This document shows, piece after piece, positions 20,051-28,906 of a DNA stretch of 64,000 nucleotides. The position numbers and the translations under genes were made by a program. Each line of letters begins with the position of its first letter. The stretch's first letter is position 1. This stretch comes from Gammaproteobacteria bacterium (lineage in GTDB: Bacteria > Pseudomonadota > Gammaproteobacteria > Eutrophobiales > Eutrophobiaceae), in assembly GCA_965243205.1 (NCBI GenBank), contig CBDEUK010000002.1, forward strand, positions 1,696,001 to 1,760,000, read 5' to 3'. Under the pieces are notes generated by a model. The model had not been told where the DNA came from, did not search any database, and saw nothing but the letters and a program-made list of their open reading frames with translations.

Positions 20051-20449
20051 TTTTCACTTTGTGGTAATTGCTCTAGAATTCTCCTTAAGAAGCCCTTACC
20101 CCATCAAAGCGATGCATAGTTTGCCAAATTTTTATTACTAAAATCTTTAAGGGTTGTTTAAGATTTTATTACATGCAACACAAACGTAATACACCATAGA
20201 ATCACGCTTTAATATCACACTGCTTATTATGCAACTTTTTTGCTTTACTCGTCTTGTGAAAACTTCCCAAAAACCCTATTAAAACATGAGCTAATTCACA
20301 TATTTATCACTGCTTTTTATTCACCCTCAGAAATTCAATAACTAAAAAAAATCAAATTGTTATATTTTCGTAATACTTTTGTCTTAATATTCAGATAGAT
20401 TCTATTAAATACTAGAATTACCTTTCGAATAATATATAGAGAAATCAAT

Positions 20450-20926
20450 GTGTTAGGCAAAGATGCTGAAAACAGCACCAAAGTTACAAAGCGCTCTGTC
20501 TCTTTTCGAGTTGATCAAAGCGATTTTGACAAAATTAAAGCCATTACAAAGCGTATGAGGGTAAGAGAATCGGACTTTTTTCGCTTTGCGATACAAAGCA
20601 CCATAAATAAACTGGCCCTAATTGGAGATGAGGAGCTTAAAGGTACTGATGTGATGCCTGTTTTTGTTGATTGTGGTGCTGAAATAGCCACTTATTTCAA
20701 ATTGGATAGTGCCCGCATCGAGCAAATAATCAATTCCGACCTAGAAGATGAATCAAGAAGAGTCGAGGCTGAAGATATTGGCTTATTAGCGATGGCAGCA
20801 ATGCCAGAACGATACTTAACTAGCCGTCTAAAAAATTTAATTGATAAGCCTATCGAGTCCACTGGAGTAGCAGAAGCGCTAAAAGAGTATTTAAATGAAA
20901 AATACCTTGATGATTTAGACGATTAA
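20450..20926 (+). CDS. Ribbon-helix-helix (CopG-like) DNA-binding protein with uncharacterised C-terminal domain
   Basis: RSVSFRVDQSDFDKIKAITKRMRVRESDFFRFAIQ fits the RHH beta-alpha-alpha pattern. Confidence 0.65.
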   Translation: MLGKDAENSTKVTKRSVSFRVDQSDFDKIKAITKRMRVRESDFFRFAIQSTINKLALIGDEELKGTDVMPVFVDCGAEIATYFKLDSARIEQIINSDLEDESRRVEAEDIGLLAMAAMPERYLTSRLKNLIDKPIESTGVAEALKEYLNEKYLDDLDD

Positions 20927-22197
20927 ATATCAACCTCAGATTCATCTTCTTCAATCTCTTTTATGCCATTAATTTTTTTAGACATTAGCTCAATCTGACC
21001 ATTAGGGTTTCGTTTCAACCGATAATTAACTGTATATATATTTTCGAAGTATTCAACTTTACCTATCACATCAAAGAAAGAGCTGGATACAGAAAGCCCA
21101 TTGTTGTTGATGTTATATTTTGATAAAACACCAGTGCTACTAAGATCAAAAGAAGCGTCAGGATTTTGAGCTGGAATAAAATTTAAACAATCATTTCTGG
21201 TGATTTCTAAAGAAGCTAGACATTGTTTTTCATATTGATCACTTCTTTGCGAGACATTCCTGCAGGCATTATCCTTAAAAAAATGACTTTCTATTTTAGC
21301 ATCACAAGCTGGATCACCTGTTAATAGCTGATTGTACGGAGCCGCTAATTTAGAGTTAGACCTCGAATTTAAGTTGGAGCCTAGACTTCCATTAGTTGCG
21401 TTACCTGTATTCAATTCATTATTTTCATTTGCGGCTGCAGGGCCTAAGTCTGTTATAACGTTTTGTTGTCTAATTTGAATCAACTCATCAATAGCAGCAC
21501 CATTCATTTGATTTGATAACGAAGCTAGTACTTCTTTTGACGCTGTATTCACATTCACGCCAGTACCAGGCTCCAAAACTGATACGAATGGTTGTAATTG
21601 TTCAAAAGCCCACAATGTAACTCCTTTTACTAATAGAAGTTCATTAACACTTGAAAAAGATTGATTAGCAACTCTGTATGAGACCTCATCTATGGATAAG
21701 TAATAATCATCTTCAGCCCCATTTGGAAATCGAGTATTAGAATCCGCATCAATCCAATCCGCAACGGCATCAGTAAAGTCTGTTGTGATATTTAGTAGAT
21801 ATAGCAATCTACGGAAACGTTCTCGAGCAAGATCACCTTCACTACCAGTTAAACCTAAATTATTTATATTGAATCTGCTTTGAAGATCAACAATCACAGC
21901 ATCAATTTGACCACCGTTGATCTCGACATCAACCAATTGCTGATTCCAGGTGTCTTGGAAACTATCTGCAAGATTATCTTTTATGTCTTGTTTTAAAACA
22001 CCTTCAGCCCACAGGAAAATACCTTCACCATGATTACTAGCTTCATTGTAACGAATAATGTTACTGGCTAGTTCTATTCCGTTAGATTGCTTAACTGCCA
22101 TTGCAACAGCCGCACCTGTGACTATAGCCAACACAACAAGCGCACTGATTAACGCAAAACCTTTGTTATTTTTGATATTAGTTTGATTTATCATCAT
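20923..22197 (-). CDS. gspK: T2SS minor pseudopilin GspK with a large insertion
   Basis: GFALISAL N-terminus; DLQSRFNINNL, DWIDAD, ELLLVKG, VNVNTA motifs. Confidence 0.9.
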   Translation of the reverse strand: MMINQTNIKNNKGFALISALVVLAIVTGAAVAMAVKQSNGIELASNIIRYNEASNHGEGIFLWAEGVLKQDIKDNLADSFQDTWNQQLVDVEINGGQIDAVIVDLQSRFNINNLGLTGSEGDLARERFRRLLYLLNITTDFTDAVADWIDADSNTRFPNGAEDDYYLSIDEVSYRVANQSFSSVNELLLVKGVTLWAFEQLQPFVSVLEPGTGVNVNTASKEVLASLSNQMNGAAIDELIQIRQQNVITDLGPAAANENNELNTGNATNGSLGSNLNSRSNSKLAAPYNQLLTGDPACDAKIESHFFKDNACRNVSQRSDQYEKQCLASLEITRNDCLNFIPAQNPDASFDLSSTGVLSKYNINNNGLSVSSSFFDVIGKVEYFENIYTVNYRLKRNPNGQIELMSKKINGIKEIEEDESEVDI

Positions 22198-22793
22198 GAA
22201 CTGCTTATTAAAAATAAACGTTCTATCTGTTTAGATTGAAGAGAAAAATTCACTTTTACCGCTCTTGGAACAACGCGGTAATCTTGATGACCATTGGGTA
22301 AAGGCCAAAATTCATGTTCTTGATTATTGATAAATGTAAAATCAATATCTTGGATATTTTCAAATAAAACCTGAGAATCTGGCTCTGTATTATGCGCTCT
22401 ATCCAATACAGGCCATACATCTCTGATCAAACTTTCTTCATCAATTCGATATTCAATTCGACGCAAACCACTTGTTTTTTCTTTCAACTGAAAAGGCGAA
22501 CCTAGGTTTGAAGTAATGGCTAATTTGATATCATCATTAGGATTACTAAAAAAACCAGGTTGTTTTGATCCCAGATTGCCTCTAATCGGTCGATCAAGAG
22601 ATTGCTCTAAATCATTTTTAATAACCGAAAAAACCATTTGTAATTGTTGTAATTCGTCCGTTTTAATTTGGACTTGCTCATAATAATCCAAAACTCTATT
22701 CATGCCGCCATAAGTTAAAACTGCCATAACAGCAAACACGGTCAATGCAACCAGTATCTCAATAAGTGTAAAACCCTTATGTCGGATCTGCAT
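22194..22793 (-). CDS. gspJ: T2SS minor pseudopilin GspJ
   Basis: GFTLIEILVAL prepilin motif; RIEYR..., WPVLDR, PRAV. Confidence 0.9.
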   Translation of the reverse strand: MQIRHKGFTLIEILVALTVFAVMAVLTYGGMNRVLDYYEQVQIKTDELQQLQMVFSVIKNDLEQSLDRPIRGNLGSKQPGFFSNPNDDIKLAITSNLGSPFQLKEKTSGLRRIEYRIDEESLIRDVWPVLDRAHNTEPDSQVLFENIQDIDFTFINNQEHEFWPLPNGHQDYRVVPRAVKVNFSLQSKQIERLFLISSS

Positions 22794-23170
22794 TATTGAG
22801 TTACCTCTGCAGCCCTTAAATAAGAAGCAAGAAATGCTTGTGGATCTTCCATCTTTTTATTCAAAGCGATAGTTAATTCACAAGATAAGACATCTTCATC
22901 AAAAGTCGCTTTTACATCTGCTTGCCAATACCAAGTATTTCCAGCCATTTCATGATCACCTTCCAACTTGCCAGGTATTGTCGACCCTTTGAGTTTGAGT
23001 TCATTCATAACATTTTGGGCAACCCAATTAGCATAAGTTCTCTTTTCAACCTGAAATAAGGTATCAATCGAAGAATTTGTTAAAGACAAAGCGGCGGACA
23101 TACCAATTCCAATAACCGATAAAGCTACTAATATTTCAATGAGACTAAATCCTATATGGTGTTTTTTCAT
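22793..23170 (-). CDS. gspI: T2SS minor pseudopilin GspI
   Basis: GFSLIEILVAL; ANWVAQN, MAGNTWYW. Confidence 0.9.
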   Translation of the reverse strand: MKKHHIGFSLIEILVALSVIGIGMSAALSLTNSSIDTLFQVEKRTYANWVAQNVMNELKLKGSTIPGKLEGDHEMAGNTWYWQADVKATFDEDVLSCELTIALNKKMEDPQAFLASYLRAAEVTQ

Positions 23171-23679
23171 GGATCTGACTCAGCGCTAAATAGTTCTGGA
23201 GGAGTGACTCCTTGCCCAATAATGACTTGAGGATCTTCACCACTTAGAGTCAGCTCTAACTCAAAGGACGTATATGTAGAATCAGGGTAAATGAACAGCT
23301 CGGAAACATCATCGTCGGAAAAAACCCATTCAGTTTCAATCACATTAGATATTACAAAACGACTTTTATCGACTATTGTTGATTCTACCCATTCATCTTG
23401 TTTGTAATAATCATGGGCGATTACTAAACGTGGCTCATCAATCGTAAGTTTAAATGTCTTATTAGAAATGATGGATATATTGCGCAATTGATTGAACCAA
23501 TCTACCAACCGAGTCGCTTCATTTAAAATTCGAGCTTCTTTTGTAGCGGCTCCAATAGAAATACCGACAGCTCCTAAAGCAATACCTATTATGAATAAAA
23601 CGACCAGTATCTCGATTAAAGTAAAGCCTGATTGAATATTTTTATGTAAACGAACCAAATTAAAAGAAGGGAAATCCAC
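23167..23679 (-). CDS. gspH: T2SS minor pseudopilin GspH
   Basis: GFTLIEILVVL motif, position between gspG and gspI, FIYPDS.YTSF. Confidence 0.8.
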   Translation of the reverse strand: MDFPSFNLVRLHKNIQSGFTLIEILVVLFIIGIALGAVGISIGAATKEARILNEATRLVDWFNQLRNISIISNKTFKLTIDEPRLVIAHDYYKQDEWVESTIVDKSRFVISNVIETEWVFSDDDVSELFIYPDSTYTSFELELTLSGEDPQVIIGQGVTPPELFSAESDP

Positions 23680-23691
23680 TTTCAGATAAAT

Positions 23692-24138
23692 TTACTGAAT
23701 GCCCCAGTTACCAATATCGGCATTTACACCTTCTCCGTCAGGCAAACCATCTGCTCCTAGTGAGTATAAATCGTAATCACCATTTGAGCCTGGTTGCAAA
23801 TATTGATAATCATTACCCCAAGGATCTTTAGGTAAGTTATCAATATAACTATCCTGCCATTTCGCACCTGATGGTAAACCGGTTGGTTTCTCGACTAAAG
23901 CTAGCAAACCTTGATCAGTATCGGGATAAGTGAAATTGTCTAAACGATAGAGTTTTAAAGCAGCTTCAAGCGCACGTATATCTTGTTCTGCCCGAACAAT
24001 ACGAGCTTCATCAGGCCTAGACATAACTTTAGGTACAACAACTGCGGCTAAAATCCCTAGGATTACAACCACAACCATTACTTCAATCAGGGTGAAACCT
24101 GTTTGTTTAGGAATGTATTTTATATATTGAATCTTCAT
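23692..24138 (-). CDS. gspG: T2SS major pseudopilin GspG
   Basis: GFTLIEVMVVVVILGILA; LKLYRLDN..YP; DPWGNDY; SLGADG; DIGNW. Confidence 0.95.
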   Translation of the reverse strand: MKIQYIKYIPKQTGFTLIEVMVVVVILGILAAVVVPKVMSRPDEARIVRAEQDIRALEAALKLYRLDNFTYPDTDQGLLALVEKPTGLPSGAKWQDSYIDNLPKDPWGNDYQYLQPGSNGDYDLYSLGADGLPDGEGVNADIGNWGIQ

Positions 24139-24324
24139 GACGTTTATATTTTAAATAGAATTAATTTCAGAAACATGACAATTATAGATTCATTAAGAAT
24201 CTTTTTAGTTCATAAAAACAGAACTATATTATGAAATAGATTACTAATCTGCCAGACTTGTCATAATGTAGTCAAAAACTATCGATAACGTACAACGTAT
24301 TAACCAATTTTAAAACCCAAAATA

Positions 24325-24933
24325 ATGAAACCAACTAAATTACTACTACTCACATGCTTATTCTATTCCTTTATAGCTCATTCAGCTGAATTAATGGGAA
24401 AACTTAATGGCAATATATATACATCCGTCGATAATGTTTTTACAACCCAAATACCTTCTCTAGAAGGTGAATTAAGAGACTTTCCAAATGCGGTCTCAGT
24501 TTACTACATGCTAACTGGCTCACAAGATTCACTAGAGTTTTATCCTGTTCCTGAGCAAGAACAAAAAAAATATCAAGAAAAAGGTCCAGAAGCATACCAT
24601 GCAGAATTCATCCGAAAAGCTTTCATCAAAAGGCGCTATGAAGAGTCTTTCAAATCTATTGATATTTCAATTATTGATGAGCGCTCAGAAACCATTAATA
24701 AAAACTCTCTACATATAATTACAATCGAATTGCCTGGAGGCTCGCAACTTAGCGATAGTAATGGCAGAAGAAAAAATATGTGGGTTGGACTTGGAGCAGT
24801 TATGCAAGGAGAAATGGTTTATGTATATCAGGTTGCCATAACCGACAATGGGAAATCAAATATAGAAGATGTTAAAGGACAAATTACTGAAAAAATTATC
24901 TCATGGGTAGGCAAAACGACTTTTAATGGCTAA
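24325..24933 (+). CDS. Hypothetical exported protein
   Basis: Signal peptide ending AHS-A; no family recognised. Confidence 0.6.
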   Translation: MKPTKLLLLTCLFYSFIAHSAELMGKLNGNIYTSVDNVFTTQIPSLEGELRDFPNAVSVYYMLTGSQDSLEFYPVPEQEQKKYQEKGPEAYHAEFIRKAFIKRRYEESFKSIDISIIDERSETINKNSLHIITIELPGGSQLSDSNGRRKNMWVGLGAVMQGEMVYVYQVAITDNGKSNIEDVKGQITEKIISWVGKTTFNG

Positions 24934-25003
24934 TACATTTTATCTACAAAATAATAAATCTTTCTAAAAACTTGTAGAGTACTTAGATGCTTTTAAAGTA
25001 CTC

Positions 25004-25891
25004 TTGCTTATAATGCAAAAACCTCTATTTTTTCTAATCGTAACATTGTTATTGAGCTATTTAATTGGCTCTATACTTGCCTATCCATTATTTGAATATT
25101 TCAACAATCCACTGGAGCATCCTTTTCATAAATTAGCACGACATTGCACGCTATTATGCGGGTTAATATTTTCTTTTTTACTACTCCGCTTCTTAAAATT
25201 AAACAAAGATAAAGTATTTGGATTTAATATTGGCATTAGAAATTTTCTTAATCAGTTATTAGCAGGCTTTCTCATTGGTATTTTTATTTTAATTATTGTT
25301 GAAAGCTTACTACTACTTTGTTCTATTCATATTTTCGACCAGTCATATAACTTCTCTATAGAAAACATTTTAAAACTAGTATTAAAGGGGCTTATAACAG
25401 GTTTAATTGTTGGGTTACTAGAAGAAATATTATTTCGTGGGACAATTTATAAATCGATTGAGAAAGATTATTCAGCTATAACAGTCATCATAATAACCGC
25501 CCTCATATATTCTGCGGTGCATTTTATTAAGTACCCAGTTGTAAACGATACTACGAATATAACTTGGCTAACTGGCCCAACGCTTTTACCTGAAGCCTTT
25601 GCATCTTTATTCACTCTTGAAATTTGGGATACATTTTTAACATTATTTTTACTTGGTATTTTACTTGCAATCTTTCGAGCAAGGTATTCTACAATTGCTT
25701 ATTGCATTGGCATCCATGCTGGAATAGTGATGATGCTTAAAGTTTCTAGAAAGCTAACAAATTATAACCCTGAAACGCAGTTAGAATTTCTAGTAAACAA
25801 TACTGATCGTCAAATGGGAATTTTGGCTGCGATGGTGCTAGGGAGTTTTTGTATTTATTTCTATTACATATTGTTAGTAAAGAACAAATAA
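25004..25891 (+). CDS. CPBP (CAAX/Abi) intramembrane glutamic endopeptidase
   Basis: Multi-TM; EEILFRG, YSAVH and IGIHAG motifs. Confidence 0.88.
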   Translation: MLIMQKPLFFLIVTLLLSYLIGSILAYPLFEYFNNPLEHPFHKLARHCTLLCGLIFSFLLLRFLKLNKDKVFGFNIGIRNFLNQLLAGFLIGIFILIIVESLLLLCSIHIFDQSYNFSIENILKLVLKGLITGLIVGLLEEILFRGTIYKSIEKDYSAITVIIITALIYSAVHFIKYPVVNDTTNITWLTGPTLLPEAFASLFTLEIWDTFLTLFLLGILLAIFRARYSTIAYCIGIHAGIVMMLKVSRKLTNYNPETQLEFLVNNTDRQMGILAAMVLGSFCIYFYYILLVKNK

Positions 25892-25897
25892 AACCAT

Positions 25898-26329
25898 TTA
25901 ATGGTATTCTTCCATCGTGTGCATTATGTAACGATCTAATATTTCCGAAGCCGATGGCTCTATATGTTCAAACAACAAACCAAATGAAACAGATACACCA
26001 TCTAAACTTACAACGTAATAAATTTTACACTCAGCTTCGATTTTTTTTATTTCGCCTTCAATCTCTAATTCAAAAGAACCCTTAAGCCTAGGTGGCTGCT
26101 GATCAGCCACACTGGCTTCTCGCGGCAAAATTATTTTTGCAGTTTCTTTGTCGCAATTTATTTGTGCACCATCCATAGAAATATTAACCATGTTTGCTTT
26201 ACAAAACTCTCCGTTTGCAAGCTCTATTATCATGATCGAATTTGATTCAACGCGCGGATATTTACGGCGCCCTTCATAGATTTCATCCATAGACAGTGAC
26301 ATTACCTCGTTTAAATTATGATTAGCCAT
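25898..26329 (-). CDS. Stand-alone PilZ domain protein
   Basis: RRKYPR (RxxxR) and NISMDG (D/NxSxxG); FGLLF near the C-terminus. Confidence 0.85.
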   Translation of the reverse strand: MANHNLNEVMSLSMDEIYEGRRKYPRVESNSIMIIELANGEFCKANMVNISMDGAQINCDKETAKIILPREASVADQQPPRLKGSFELEIEGEIKKIEAECKIYYVVSLDGVSVSFGLLFEHIEPSASEILDRYIMHTMEEYH

Positions 26330-26463
26330 TTGTGTTCAAGACTCAATAAAAAATGATATCTCATAGTGTAGAAAAGCTAATCTGATCAAATCGACTTAAA
26401 TTAAATATAGTGAACTAGTCATCATAATCTCAAGGTAAATATTTGAAGTATTTCACATTCATT

Positions 26464-26490
26464 TAAAAATTCTCTAAGCCTTGCCGATAG
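26464..26490 (+). promoter_or_regulatory. Sigma28 (FliA) promoter
   Basis: TAAA-N15-GCCGATAG, about 30 nt upstream of the ORF at 26522. Confidence 0.7.
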
Positions 26491-26521
26491 TTATCTTGAG
26501 ATTGAAAAAATTCGAAATCGA

Positions 26522-27640
26522 GTGGCTGACAATACTAATCACAATATAACTACGAATAATGAATCTTTTTTATTAAAACTTGCTGAGGGGATTCATGATG
26601 AATGGTTAATCCATGCTCCTGAAATCCTGCACGAACAGCTACATCCTTGTTACATCAATTCGGTTGCGTATTTAGTAACCCGAAAAGGATTAAAACAAGA
26701 ATACCCTGAAGCCTATCGAACACTGGTTTCTATCTCGGATAAATATGGCATTCGAGTCTTTGAAGACAGAAGGAATTCTATTAAGGCTGTTAAGTATGAT
26801 AAGCGTAAGAAATTAACTTTAACTGTCGGGCTAATGTTAGGAATGGTCGTTAAAACACCAGCCTTAGCTGATCAAACTTTTGATAGTAATCACATCCCTC
26901 AAACTCAGACAGTTGCTTTAACAAATGGAGATAATAATGAACTCAATTTATCTACCCACTTGATAGCAAGTAAAAGTGCTAACGGTAAGATTCGCATCGG
27001 GAATCGCAAACTAAAAAAAGAAAAAAACAATCATCTTGTAAAAGAAATCATGTCCTGTTTTCAACGAGGTTCTCTAGATAACCTTGTTTGCAAACAACCA
27101 AATCAAATTCAGGTTAAAGCTGTCGAAAAAATACTACTGAATCACTTAAACAACCATTCAAGCAAAGATGAAAAAATTATAAAAGACATAGCCTATTACT
27201 ATGCGCAATATCCAGAAGTAGCAAATTTAATTAAATCTCTTGCTGAGTATAACTGGACATTAAACATTCAAAACAAAACATGGCAAGCCAGCGCAAAAAT
27301 CCAACATGGCAGCGTCCAGCAGGTCGATGTTTATTTCGATCCAAAAACAGCAGCACAAATGTTAGCCATTAAAAACTGCTCAAGTAATCCTATCTGTACC
27401 GTATCACCTGCTGATGCTTTATTACATGAACTATTACATGCCTATATCATGCTCAGCGAACCAACAGAATATGCACAAGAACATTCTCATGCCTTGTACC
27501 CAATGGAACATGAACATGACATCATTAAAATGGAAAACAAGCTTTACTCAAAAATGAGTAAAATAGATGGATTACCTCGGCCAAATCGCCATAAGCACCA
27601 AGCGTCTTTGGTTGCGGTGAAATGTCCGGTATGTATATAA
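26522..27640 (+). CDS. Hypothetical HExxH metallopeptidase-like protein
   Basis: LLHELLHAY with downstream EHE; internal hydrophobic, signal-like segment LTLTVGLMLGMVVKTPALA; C-terminal CPVC. Confidence 0.55.
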   Translation: MADNTNHNITTNNESFLLKLAEGIHDEWLIHAPEILHEQLHPCYINSVAYLVTRKGLKQEYPEAYRTLVSISDKYGIRVFEDRRNSIKAVKYDKRKKLTLTVGLMLGMVVKTPALADQTFDSNHIPQTQTVALTNGDNNELNLSTHLIASKSANGKIRIGNRKLKKEKNNHLVKEIMSCFQRGSLDNLVCKQPNQIQVKAVEKILLNHLNNHSSKDEKIIKDIAYYYAQYPEVANLIKSLAEYNWTLNIQNKTWQASAKIQHGSVQQVDVYFDPKTAAQMLAIKNCSSNPICTVSPADALLHELLHAYIMLSEPTEYAQEHSHALYPMEHEHDIIKMENKLYSKMSKIDGLPRPNRHKHQASLVAVKCPVCI

Positions 27641-27658
27641 CAAAGAATTTAGATGAGA

Positions 27659-27734
27659 TGGTGGGCCGTGCGCGATTCGAACGCGCGACCAATGGATTAA
27701 AAATCCACTGCTCTACCGGCTGAGCTAACGGCCC
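27659..27734 (-). tRNA. tRNA-Lys(UUU)
   Basis: GGGCCGTTAGCTCAGCCGGTAGAGCA-GTGGA-TTTTTAA-TCCAT-TGGTCGCGCGTTCGAATCGCGCACGGCCCACCA; 76 nt with encoded CCA. Confidence 0.95.
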
Positions 27735-27894
27735 TGAAAAAACGAAACGGCGATAATACATTAGATTTTGAATATGGCAACACTAAGCCGCTGGTTTCCA
27801 TGACATTTCGTTCAAATTCCTAAGTAATTCCTTGATTTTATGCTGCAATGCCTCTATTTTCAGCGAAAATTAATACTTTTATGAGGTTTTATCT

Positions 27895-28182
27895 GTGCCC
27901 ATTTACGAATACGAATGCCAAGCTTGTGGCGAACGCATCGAAAAATTCCAAAAAATTTCCGACGACCCAATCACTCTTTGTCCTAATTGCGGCGCTGAAA
28001 AGCTACAAAAGCTGGTCTCAGCTTCTGCCTTTAAGTTAACTGGCTCAGGCTGGTATGAAACCGATTTCAAAGATAAAAAACCGAAAGCCGCCAATAAATC
28101 AGAAACCAAAAAAGCTGAATCCAGTTCATCTACAAACAAAACCGATAACAAATCATCCAAACCCAAAACTGCCAGCAAATGA
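27895..28182 (+). CDS. FmdB-family zinc-ribbon protein
   Basis: MPIYEYECQACG...CPNCG...GSGWYETDF. Confidence 0.92.
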   Translation: MPIYEYECQACGERIEKFQKISDDPITLCPNCGAEKLQKLVSASAFKLTGSGWYETDFKDKKPKAANKSETKKAESSSSTNKTDNKSSKPKTASK

Positions 28183-28835
28183 TAGCGCTATTGCGTAAAT
28201 ATTTTATCGCTGGTTTATTGGTCTGGTTACCATTGGCCGCTACGGTTATTGTTATCAAACTAGCAATCGACCTATTAGATAAAACACTATTATTACTACC
28301 CCCTGAATGGCGACCAGAGGCTCTATTAGGCTTTTCTATACCAGGTTTTGGTGTTGTCATGGCAGTAAGTCTGTTAATCATAACAGGCATGTTAGCCGCC
28401 AATTTTTTTGGCAGAACGTTGGTCAAAGGCTGGGAGTCACTGCTTGGCCGCATACCGTTAGTTCGTAATATCTACACTAGCGTCAAACAAGTTTCTAACA
28501 CATTATTATCAGCAGACAGCATGTCATTTCGCAAAGTCGTGCTGACTGAATATCCGCGCAAAGGAATTTGGAGTATAGGCTTTTTAGCCAGCGATGGCTT
28601 AGAAGTAGCGAAGCAAATCGCTGGCGAAGAACTCATTTCCGTATTCATTCCTACTACACCAAACCCAACCTCGGGTTATATCGTCATGATCCCACAACAA
28701 GATGTGACTGAACTTGATATCAGTGTAGAAGATGGTTTCAAATTCATTATCTCTATGGGTGTGGTAGTTCCTGAAACTACTGCAAAAGACCTAGAAAACC
28801 AGACAAAGCTTGCGCAAAACAGCACCGACTCGTAA
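28179..28835 (+). CDS. DUF502 membrane protein
   Basis: YFIAGLLVWLP, IPLVRNIY, FIPTTPNPTSG; usual position before aspS. Confidence 0.92.
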   Translation: MIALLRKYFIAGLLVWLPLAATVIVIKLAIDLLDKTLLLLPPEWRPEALLGFSIPGFGVVMAVSLLIITGMLAANFFGRTLVKGWESLLGRIPLVRNIYTSVKQVSNTLLSADSMSFRKVVLTEYPRKGIWSIGFLASDGLEVAKQIAGEELISVFIPTTPNPTSGYIVMIPQQDVTELDISVEDGFKFIISMGVVVPETTAKDLENQTKLAQNSTDS

Positions 28836-28838
28836 GAT
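28810..28838 (+). promoter_or_regulatory. Sigma70 promoter candidate for aspS
   Basis: TTGCGC-N17-TAAGAT. Confidence 0.45.
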
Positions 28839-28906
28839 TGCGCCCTTTGCTCCACGACATCCTCCTGGGGCGTATTTTTCACTAAATTTTAAGCTTAAGA
28901 AATACT

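Noticed and set aside
20113-20126. Sigma54-like TGGCAAACTATGCA upstream of the PEP-CTERM gene
   Set aside because: GG-to-GC spacing is 8 nt, not the required 10
24258-24288. Pho-like TTGTCAT-N4-TAGTCAA and a sigma28-like ATCGATAA before the ORF at 24325
   Set aside because: The second half-site and the -35 element are too degenerate to support
24300-27658. Genomic island or prophage integrated at tRNA-Lys
   Set aside because: No integrase, transposase, phage gene or duplicated tRNA 3' end seen
27525-27761. 78-aa ORF on the minus strand
   Set aside because: Spurious frame running across tRNA-Lys
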